NCBI GenBank assembly: GCA_030141605.1
Contig: JAQGDQ010002466.1
Coordinates: 1 to 27,176 of the forward strand
Reading direction: 5' to 3'
Source of the DNA: Tubiluchus corallicola
Taxonomy: Eukaryota > Animalia > Priapulida
DNA: 27,176 nt
Below the pieces are notes generated by a model, which was given only the letters and a program-made list of their open reading frames with translations, had not been told where the DNA came from and did no database searches. Shown piece after piece: positions 10,012 to 18,259 of the stretch. Made by a program: the position numbers and the translations under genes. Every line of letters begins with the position of its first letter. Position 1 is the first letter of the stretch.

Positions 10012-11151
10012 TTAGTAGCCCTCACTTTCTGGTATAATATCGCTAATTACATTAATAATACTAGAATTTGATATAAAACCAACTAAACCATCATTTTGAT
10101 CAACAACTGGGCTAGTTAATATAGAGTTTTCTTTTCTAATTGCTATTACTTCTGTTAATGACATATCAAATGATATTTTTATAAAATCTCTTTTCATAAT
10201 ATCTTTAATTTTAGTTGAATGATCACTAACCCCATGAAATCTATTAGCACCTATAAGTCCTATAAGTTTATGAGGCCTTGAACCAGAGCTATCTACTACA
10301 GCTAGTATTGTCACATTATGCTTTTTCATGACTTCAATTGCCTGAGCAACAGATCTATTGGCTCCAATTTCAATTACCTTATCATTCATTATATCTGAAG
10401 CTTTTAATAAGTCTGGGGTTTTCCATAATCTATTTTTTCCTACAAAATTTTCAATAAACATATTCGCTGGCTTTTTTAATATGTCTTCTGGAGTATCAAA
10501 TTGAATAATGTTACCATCTTTCATAACTGCAATTTTATCTCCAATTTTTATTGCTTCATCAATATCATGAGTTACAAAAACTATTGTTTTATTCAGCTCA
10601 TCTTGTAGCCGTAATAGTTCATCTTGTAGTAATTCCCTTGTGATCGGGTCAAGTGCAGAAAATGGTTCATCCATTAAAATAATATCTGGATCATTTGCAA
10701 GTGATCTAGCTACTCCTACTCTTTGCTGCTGTCCACCTGAAAGTTCTTTTGGATATCTGTTAGCATAATCTTCATAAGAAAGCCCTATTAGCTTAAATAG
10801 CTCTTTTATTTTTTTTAATATTTGCTTTTTATCTTTTTTACATAGCTTTGGTATTATCCCAATATTTTCCTCAATTGTTTTATGAGGAAATAAACCTACA
10901 TTCTGTATCACATAACCAATATTTCTCCTAAGTTCATTTTTATTAAAACTTTTAATATTTTTCCCATCAATAAAAATATCACCCTTTGTTGGTTCATGAA
11001 GTCTATTTATCATTTCCATTGTAGTTGTCTTTCCACAACCACTTTCACCAACTAAAACAACTAGCTCCCCTTTTAAAATTTTTAAATTTAAATTTTCAAT
11101 AATATTTGTCATTCCATCATAAGTTTTAGTAATATTAACTAGCTCTATCAT
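10012..11151 (-). CDS. opuCA: Osmoprotectant ABC transporter ATPase with C-terminal CBS pair (OpuCA/ProV-like)
   Basis: Walker A GESGCGKTT, LRRNIGYVIQ, LSGGQQQRV, MDEPFSALDP, VTHD, C-terminal CBS domains. Start set at ATG 11151 after SD GGAGGA. Confidence 0.93.
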   Translation of the reverse strand: MIELVNITKTYDGMTNIIENLNLKILKGELVVLVGESGCGKTTTMEMINRLHEPTKGDIFIDGKNIKSFNKNELRRNIGYVIQNVGLFPHKTIEENIGIIPKLCKKDKKQILKKIKELFKLIGLSYEDYANRYPKELSGGQQQRVGVARSLANDPDIILMDEPFSALDPITRELLQDELLRLQDELNKTIVFVTHDIDEAIKIGDKIAVMKDGNIIQFDTPEDILKKPANMFIENFVGKNRLWKTPDLLKASDIMNDKVIEIGANRSVAQAIEVMKKHNVTILAVVDSSGSRPHKLIGLIGANRFHGVSDHSTKIKDIMKRDFIKISFDMSLTEVIAIRKENSILTSPVVDQNDGLVGFISNSSIINVISDIIPESEGY

Positions 11152-11170
11152 ACTTCCTCCCGAGATTATA

Positions 11171-11225
11171 AAAAACACTCTACACTATTAATTGCTAAGG
11201 AATTAGTTAATAGCATAGAGTGTTT
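11171..11225 (-). promoter_or_regulatory. Terminator-like hairpin in the 5' leader of the osmoprotectant operon
   Basis: Minus-strand RNA AAACACUCUAUGCUAUUAA-(15 nt)-UUAAUAGUGUAGAGUGUUU(UU): 19 bp including two G-U pairs, ending about 10 nt before the SD. Confidence 0.65.
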
Positions 11226-11373
11226 ATGTTTTACTTTTATTATTAGAACAACAAAAAACACTACTAATAAATATATTAAATTTTAATTCTATCAAGCCTT
11301 CTTTGTAATATATTTTATAAACTTTAAGTTACCTAATACTACATTACCACTAACTCCCCCTAAACCTCACCTT

Positions 11374-11402
11374 ATTGTATCATAAAATAAGGTTTATATC
11401 AA
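11374..11402 (-). promoter_or_regulatory. Sigma70-type promoter for the osmoprotectant operon
   Basis: Minus strand TTGATA-17 bp-TACAAT with extended -10 TG; overlapped by inverted repeat ACCTTATT-N9-AATAAGGT (11369-11393). Confidence 0.6.
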
Positions 11403-11511
11403 ATTTGAAACAAGCTAAGTCTTTATATAGCTTCGCATAATATAAAAAATAATACTAAAGAATCAAGCAACAACTTATATTTATGTGTTATTTTATATCC
11501 TTTGCGCAAAT

Positions 11512-11544
11512 AAAAAAAACCCTAGTGCTATAACTAAGGGTTTT
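11512..11544 (-). terminator. Intrinsic terminator after the GlsB/YeaQ gene
   Basis: Minus strand AAAACCCTTAGT-tatagc-ACTAGGGTTTTTTTT, a stem with one bulge followed by a T-tract. Confidence 0.8.
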
Positions 11545-11553
11545 AATTAATAT

Positions 11554-11802
11554 CTATTTTTTCTTTTTTACCAAGTTTACAATAAAAATAACAATTATCG
11601 CTCCAATAATACCAACTATAGTTTCACCAATTATTCCAAAATTTGAATCAAAGTCTGTCAAACCTCCAATTAAAAAAGTTCCAACTACTCCTCCAATAAA
11701 ACCAAGTAAAATATTAAGCCATATAGGATATGCTGATTTCATTATTTTAGATGCAATCCATCCTATTAAAGCAAAAATAATTATTTGAATAATTATACTC
11801 AT
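11554..11802 (-). CDS. GlsB/YeaQ/YmgE-family (transglycosylase-associated) stress-response membrane protein
   Basis: 82-aa three-TM protein with IGWIASKIMK, NILLGFIGGVVG, IIGAIIVIFI. Start set at ATG 11802 after SD AGGAGG. Confidence 0.9.
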   Translation of the reverse strand: MSIIIQIIIFALIGWIASKIMKSAYPIWLNILLGFIGGVVGTFLIGGLTDFDSNFGIIGETIVGIIGAIIVIFIVNLVKKKK

Positions 11803-11830
11803 ATTTAACCTCCTTTTTTTGTATTTACAA

Positions 11831-11859
11831 ATTATATCACAAAAAATATTGCTTATCAA
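11831..11859 (-). promoter_or_regulatory. Sigma70-type promoter of the GlsB/YeaQ gene
   Basis: Minus strand TTGATA-17 bp-TATAAT with extended -10 TG. Confidence 0.7.
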
Positions 11860-11922
11860 TGCATATTACCTAATTATAGTTTCTTTATAAACTTATTTTT
11901 TATAATATAAATATTATTTTAT

Positions 11923-12363
11923 TTATACTTTAGGTATTCTTATCTTTTGACCAGGAAATATTTTATTAGGATCTTCTATAACTTCTTTATTAGCTTCAAA
12001 GATCTCATTGTACTTACTTGCATCTCCTAAAAAGTCTTCTGCTATTTTACTTAAAGTATCTCCAGATTTTATTATATAGTACTCAACATCTTTATCTTGC
12101 TCAGGTTTTTTTACTTCACTACCATCAACTTCTTCTACTCCATCTACGTTTCCAGCCATAAGTACAGTCTTTTCAAATGCATCAGCAGACTCAGCTTCTC
12201 CAGTAATTTTTACCTTTCCTCCTTCAAATTCCACATCTAAATCTTTCACTCCAGGATTAGCAACTTCTATGTTGTCTTTTATTTTTTGAGCTGCCACCTC
12301 ATTTTTGTCATCCTTTTTAAACACTTTTTTCCCCATATTTTTTGCAAAATCAAATAAACCCAT
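11923..12363 (-). CDS. kbp: Potassium-binding protein Kbp (YgaU; BON + LysM)
   Basis: Colinear with E. coli YgaU as recalled: MGLFDFAKNMGKK, AGNVDGVEEV, YIIKSGDTLSKIA, YNEIFEANK, PNKIFPGQKIRIP; SD GGAGG; no signal peptide. Confidence 0.9.
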   Translation of the reverse strand: MGLFDFAKNMGKKVFKKDDKNEVAAQKIKDNIEVANPGVKDLDVEFEGGKVKITGEAESADAFEKTVLMAGNVDGVEEVDGSEVKKPEQDKDVEYYIIKSGDTLSKIAEDFLGDASKYNEIFEANKEVIEDPNKIFPGQKIRIPKV

Positions 12364-12398
12364 TAAAACACCTCCAAAGTATTATATATCATTTGTAA

Positions 12399-12427
12399 AT
12401 TATACTATATAAATTTTTTAAAAACAA
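12399..12427 (-). promoter_or_regulatory. Sigma70-type promoter of kbp
   Basis: Minus strand TTGTTT-17 bp-TATAAT. Confidence 0.5.
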
Positions 12428-13143
12428 GAAAATTTTAGATTACTATAATGAAAGTGGATATAAAGTGGATATTAAGTAAGCATTATTAAACTATAAATGA
12501 TTTTTATAGTTTTATAAAATACACTATCTATATACTTTCTTTTAATTTTATTATTTAAAAGAAAATTAGTAAAAGCTCATAAATTTATAACTCCACACAT
12601 CCATCTATAGTATTATTAGCTTATTTAATACTTTATAGTTCTTTTAAAGAATAATAATAACTGCTATTTTTTTAAATTGTTACTATTTACACTATTAGTT
12701 ACTTAGTGAACAAAATAACATTTTTATTTTAATATATTAAGTTTTACTCTTAAGGCACCGTATAACTCCATCTTATTTATAGTTCTCTAAATAAATATGT
12801 AAAAACAATAGTTTAAAAGATAATGTCAAATAAAAAAAGCTAAACTTATTTATTATAGCCTTAGTCTAAAAACCTATATAATAAACTATGAGATTTTAGG
12901 CAGTACAAAACTTAATTATATATTTAGTTTTATTAAAAATGAACGGTGTTTTTTAAAATAAAAATAAATAATATTATAATAACATTAAATATGCCATATA
13001 ATTCTATTTAATTTCTAGAGCTTATGAAAATTAAGTTATATAATTTTAATGTAAAGTAATTTAGCAATAAAAAGTTACTTAGCAATAAGTATATTAAACT
13101 TTATATAATTTTGATAATTGACTCTACTAAGGAGGGGGTTGAA

Positions 13144-16100
13144 GTGAAAAAATATGAATCTAAAAAACTATTGATTTTTGTGGCTTCGATAATAGTGAGC
13201 TCTTTATTTCATATAAATGGAGAAGTTTTACTTATAGAGCAACAAACAACAAATGTAAAAGAAGATAAAATGGAATCTCAAGAAAAAGGTTTAAAATATG
13301 AAATAATAAGTAATGGAGAAGAAAGACCTAGAAGCCAAGAAGAAGACACCACAGTGGATGAACCAGCAAAGCAAGATAACCGGAGAGTAGATACAAGGTA
13401 TAGCGGAAAAGAGACTATAGAAAATGAAGATGGAAATGTATACGCTTCAATAGACCCAATAAAAGTAGAGCCAAAATTAGATATAGTTTCTCAAGGTAAT
13501 GTAGAAGTTATAAATGGAAAATTTATTGAACCTATTTCATTTCAAATATATACTAATTATAGTGATTTTATTGAAAAATATGAAATTGCAATATTTAGAG
13601 AAGATGACAGAGATTTAGTAGATCCTATAAAAGTAATATCTGGAGAAGATATAAAATTCTTAGAAGAAATAACTTGGAATGGAGATACTAAAAAAAGTAT
13701 TAATATCAAACCAGGAGATGAGTTTATATATAGGTTAAGAGTATATGATAAAAATGGGGTATTTGATGAAACAAATCCTCGTAAAATATATGCTTTAGAA
13801 AAAAATGTTGCAAAAACAGTAAGTAAAATAGATGAAAAAAGCGTTGCAGAAATAAAAGGCGGAGAAATCTATGGAAGTGAGAACTATGCTAAACAAAATA
13901 TAGTTATGAACTCAAGTAAAATAAGATTTCATGGTGTAGGTTTACAAAACACTAAAAAATTAGTCATTGATGGAGAAGAAGTACCAATAGATGCAAATGG
14001 AAAATTTGTTTATGAAAAACTTTATCCTGTAGGTTATTATGATGTATTAGTAGAATATGTAGATCGAAACGATGAAGAGTGGGAGTATACCCTTAAAGTA
14101 GATGTTCCTAGAAATTATTTCTTTGGTGTAGGACTATTAGATTTAACAATGGGTGAAAATTCTGTTTCTGGAAATAGAGAAATACTAAGTAAAGATTACC
14201 ATTATGATGAGGAAATTTATGCAGATGGAAGATTAGGCTTTTATAGCAAAAGTAAATTTAAAGGCAAATTTTATTTAACTGCTCAATTTGATACTGGAGA
14301 AAGTCAAATAGAAGATATGTTTAAGGGCTTGTCAGATAGAACTAATAGAGATATCTTTAGACAACTTGATCAAGATGATCATTATTTAACCTATGGCGAT
14401 GACTCAACTACAATGGTTGATGTCAATACACAGGGAAAAGGATATATCAAATTAGAGTGGGATAAGTCAGAGGCTGTATGGGGAAACTATCATACTGATT
14501 TTACAGATAATGAATCAGCTCAATATAATAGAAGTTTATATGGAGCAAAAGGAAAGTATAATAGTAAATCAACTACAAATTTTGGCGAATCAAAGGTTCA
14601 ATTAGGAGGGTTCGCATCAGAACCTGGCACACTATTTGCTCACAATGAATTTGCTGGTACAGGAGGAAGCCTATATTACCTAAATAATAAAGATATAGTA
14701 TCTGGAAGTGAAAAAGTATGGGTAGAAGTAAAAGACCGTGATTCAAATAGGGTTATAGAAACCATAGCTCTTCAAAGAGGAAAAGACTATGAAATAGATG
14801 ACTACCAAGGAAGAATATTATTAAGTGAACCACTTCCAATACTAGTGCAAAATATAGGCTCTTCAATAATAAAAGATGAACCTTTAAATGGAGACGATGT
14901 AACTTTAAAAGTAGACTATGAGTATTATACTGAAGAGGGCTTTAATGGAGATGACTTAGTATATGGAGCTAATGGAAGGCATGGTTGAAATCACCTAGCT
15001 TTAGGAGGAACTTATGTAAATGATGACAAAGGCGATGTAGAATATGAGTTAGCTGGAACAACGCTATTCTTAGATTCACTGAAGGAAGCTACCTGAAGGT
15101 GAGTATGCAACTACAAAAGGTGTTCAAGCAGATGAAAATTTCTCATCAATAACAGGAGGTCTAGACTTTAACGAAAGTGCTACAAAAAATAATGATGCTG
15201 AGGGAGAAATTTTAAGAATAGGGGCTCATGTAAATTTCAATGATATAAATGAAAATATATCTTATAAGAACACATTTGATGCTTGGTATAAAAATAAAGA
15301 TGAAGGATTTTCAATATCAAGAGATGAAAGAGATTATAAAGAAGAGTCTTATGGAGCTGAATTAAATCTAGAACCTGGTGAAAAATTTAGATTAAACCTT
15401 AGAGGAAATAAATACATAACTGATGACGAAATTGATAAAACAGAAGATGTAAAAATTTCAGCTCTAACAACATTTGATATAACTGAAAAATTAGATGTAA
15501 GTGCAGAGGTAAAATATGAAAATTACATAAAAAATGATGACAAATCAACAGAAGAAGATGCAACGTTGATTGCTGGAAAATTAAGCTATGACGTTGGAAA
15601 AGGAACCAATGTTTATGGAATTGTACAAACAGCATTAGATAAATCAGAAAACTACGCAGATAATGATTTATATACAGTGGGAGCTTCTACGAAATTAGGA
15701 GATAAATTAGGAATAAGATTAGAAGGAAGTACAGGAGATAGAGGAGATTCTGTAACTGGTGGATTAGATTATAGCTATGGAAATAACCATGATTTATATA
15801 TGAATTATACTCAATCAACTAATAGAACAGAAAAATCAAGATCAATAACAGCAGGACAAAGAGCAAAGGTAAATCCTAAGTGGAATCTATTTCATGAAAG
15901 TCAATTTCTTAACAGCAACGATGACAGCTCTGGAATAGCTCATACTTTTGGAACAGACTATGATGTAACTGAAAAACTAAGACTAGGTTTTTTAACTCAA
16001 TATGGAACTTTAACAGACAGAGAAGATCAAGAAACAGAAAGAATGGCAGCAAGTACATACTTAAGATATGAAGGTAAAGATTTTACTCTTAGAAATAAAC

Positions 16101-16756
16101 TTGAATATAGACAAGATGAAAATTACGAAGATAAAAAGTCAAAACAATGGGTAACAGCAAACACATTAGAATATGTAATAAACGACGAAATAACTTTACT
16201 AGGTAAAGTAAACGCTTCAATTAGTGAAGATAGCGATTCTGATATTGCTGATGCTAAACTCATAGAATCAGGACTTGGAGCAGCTTATAGACCTATAAAT
16301 AATGATCGGTTAAATTTATTTGGTAAATATACTTACTTATATGATCTAGATACTCCTACCCAAGGCAACCCTGATGAGAAATCTCACAATTTATCAGTAG
16401 AGGGAACATATGATATAAATAGAAAATGGGAAGCAGGAGCAAAGTATGCATATAAGAGTGCTTCTCTAAGAGAAGAAAGAGATGAAGGAGAATGGTATGA
16501 AAATTCATATGATTTATTAGCATTAAGACTTAGATACCATGTAATTAAAAATTGGGATATTTTTGGTGAATATCATTGGTTAAGAGATTTAGAAAGCGAT
16601 GATATAAAACACGGTGCTATAGCTGAGATAAATTATCATGTTAACGACAATATAAAAATAGGAGTAGGGTATAACTTTACAGACTTTAATGATGAATTAA
16701 CAGATCTAGACTATGATGCTAAAGGTTGGTATTTAAACTTACTTGGTAAGTACTAA
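13144..16756 (+). pseudogene. Large (~1,205 aa reconstructed) outer-membrane beta-barrel protein, frameshifted at about 14975-15100 (pseudogene or local sequencing error)
   Basis: GTG 13144 after SD AAGGAGGGGG; N-terminal signal-like segment. Frame 1 ends at TGA 14986-14988 and frame 2 is open from about 15098 to TAA 16756. Many amphipathic beta-strand patterns; C-terminus GWYLNLLGKY resembles a BAM beta-signal. ORF-track entries 13111..14988 and 15566..16756 are two parts of this gene. Confidence 0.8.
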
Positions 16757-16760
16757 GTAA

Positions 16761-16798
16761 AAAAAAATAACACTCTAATATTAGAGTGTTATTTTTTT
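16761..16798. terminator. Bidirectional intrinsic terminator between the convergent beta-barrel and TlpA genes
   Basis: AAAAAAATAACACTCTAA-ta-TTAGAGTGTTATTTTTTT, a perfect palindrome with A/T tracts on both sides. Confidence 0.9.
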
Positions 16799-17522
16799 AT
16801 TCTTTATTTTCTTCTTCAGTTGATTCTTTATTTTCTTCTTCAGTTGATTCTTTGTTTTCTTCTTCAGTTGATTCTTTGTTTTCTTCTTCAGTTGATTCTT
16901 TGTTTTCTTCTTCAGTTGATTCTTTGTTTTCTTCTTCAGTTGATTCTTTGCTTTCTTCTTCAGTTGATTCTTCATAATCAGCGTCTAACTTACTGTAATC
17001 GAAAATACCTGTTTGAGCTTCCTTAATAATTCCTGTTTCATCTATATAAAAATTTACTGGAATACTTTGTACTTTAAAAGCTTTCGCAAGTGTTAAGTCA
17101 TAATCATAGTATACAGGAAAGTCATAATTATTAGATGATATATACTCTTTTGTATCTTTTACGCTTCCTCTACCTGATCTTTGTTCAAGGTATACTGTTA
17201 TAATCTCTAAATCTTCTCTATCTTTATTTTCATTCCAATATTCTTGAAGATGTTCTTTTTCTGTGTTACAAACAGGGCACCAAATTGTACTGAAATTTAG
17301 TAGAACTTTTTTTCCTAGTAAATCTTCATATTTTACTACTTCATCAGTTAATAACGACTTAACTTCAAAATCAGGAATTACCTTCCCTGCTACAATACCT
17401 TCTTCCCCTTCAGCTTTTTCAACTACAATAGGCTTTTTCTTACTTTCTTTTTTGCTAGAATCCTTATTACAACTAATAAATAATGCTAATATAGTTATTG
17501 TGATTAATAGAAATTTTTTCAA
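16797..17522 (-). CDS. TlpA/ResA-family thiol-disulfide oxidoreductase lipoprotein with acidic repeat tail
   Basis: TTG start after SD AGGAGG; lipobox FISC; PDF, GKKVLLNFSTIWCPVC (CxxC), cis-Pro motif VQSIPVNFYIDETG. Confidence 0.9.
   Translation of the reverse strand: MKKFLLITITILALFISCNKDSSKKESKKKPIVVEKAEGEEGIVAGKVIPDFEVKSLLTDEVVKYEDLLGKKVLLNFSTIWCPVCNTEKEHLQEYWNENKDREDLEIITVYLEQRSGRGSVKDTKEYISSNNYDFPVYYDYDLTLAKAFKVQSIPVNFYIDETGIIKEAQTGIFDYSKLDADYEESTEEESKESTEEENKESTEEENKESTEEENKESTEEENKESTEEENKESTEEENKE
16803..16970 (-). repeat. Coding tandem repeat, 7 x 24 bp, encoding ESTEEE[N/S]K
   Basis: Plus-strand unit TTT(A/G)(T/C)TTTCTTCTTCAGTTGATTC: 2 copies with ttta, 4 with tttgt, 1 with tttgc; no spacers. 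Confidence 0.97.
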
Positions 17523-17759
17523 TTTTCCTCCTTTTTAATAAATACTTTATTTTTATATAATCGAAACAAATTTTACCATAATTTGATACATATATTCAAT
17601 ATAAAATTTTATTGTCTTGATGTTGATCAAAAATAGATAATCTCATAGCAATTTTATTATATTTTGTCTTTTTAAAAATATCTATAATTTTTAACATCTT
17701 TTACTTAATTATTATTTTATACTTTATGACTTATCAATTGTTATAGTTTCATTATTTTT

Positions 17760-17962
17760 ATGCCTTGCTTCTTTCAATTGTTTGTCTTTTAGTAGTTGAT
17801 TAAAATTATTAAGGTTATTTATTTTTTATTTCAAATTCATGTTATAAAATATTGATTGCACTACCTAGATCATCTACTTTATCATTAGTTTTTATATTAT
17901 ATTTATAATGAAAAATCTAATTTAGAAACTGATACAGCTATTTCTTTTAATTTATTTAAAAA
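17760..17962 (-). pseudogene. Decayed HAMP-domain/coiled-coil fragment (sensor histidine kinase-like remnant)
   Basis: Minus strand stitched over frameshifts and stops reads FLNKLKEIAVSVSKLDFSL/KYNIKTNDKVDDLGSAINIL*HEFEIKNK*/LNNFNQLLKDKQLKEAR, matching the HAMP pattern (helix, DFS, connector, D-E/K-I/V-x-x-L-x-x-x-I-N). Confidence 0.6.
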
Positions 17963-18106
17963 GAATTAGAATTTGAATAGTTTATATTCTTTATGCCAAA
18001 AATATATACATGTTTTACACCTTTTTTCAAAGTCACTCTTAAGCTTGAGTCTTTGTATATATTTGAAGCTCATCTTCTATTACAAAAATTTTTCTTTCCA
18101 TATCAT

Positions 18107-18238
18107 TTACAATCTTTTGAAAAAACTTTTTATCTTTAGCAAGAAATTAATTATTTTATATTTTAGTATATATTTATTTAAACTTTCTAAAGATCTATCA
18201 ATTTCTTGGTTTATTTTTTCTTCATTTACTTTTTTCAT
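18107..18238 (-). CDS. Small 43-aa ORF of unknown function (may be part of the decayed sensor gene)
   Basis: SD GAGG then ATG 18238; MKKVNEEKINQEIDRSLESLNKYILKYKIINFLLKIKSFFKRL*; a shifted frame continues with coding-like sequence. Confidence 0.3.
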   Translation of the reverse strand: MKKVNEEKINQEIDRSLESLNKYILKYKIINFLLKIKSFFKRL

Positions 18239-18259
18239 GAAAAACCTCTACATATTTTT

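Noticed and set aside
12820-12910. c-di-GMP riboswitch upstream of the beta-barrel gene
   Set aside because: The class I (GGCAAA..GAAA..GACGCAAAG) and class II consensus features are not present.
14986-14988. TGA readthrough (selenocysteine or alternative genetic code) in the beta-barrel gene, since frame 1 continues sensibly after it
   Set aside because: Explained by compensating 1- and 2-base deletions around the codon; further frameshifts follow, and Trp is encoded by TGG in the genes checked.
16803-16970. 24-bp repeat array as a possible CRISPR
   Set aside because: Units are contiguous with no unique spacers, lie in frame within a CDS, and no cas genes are present.
16781-17026. ORFs 16781..16975(-), 16786..16977(+) and 16820..17026(+)
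   Set aside because: Alternative readings of the tandem repeat inside the TlpA gene.
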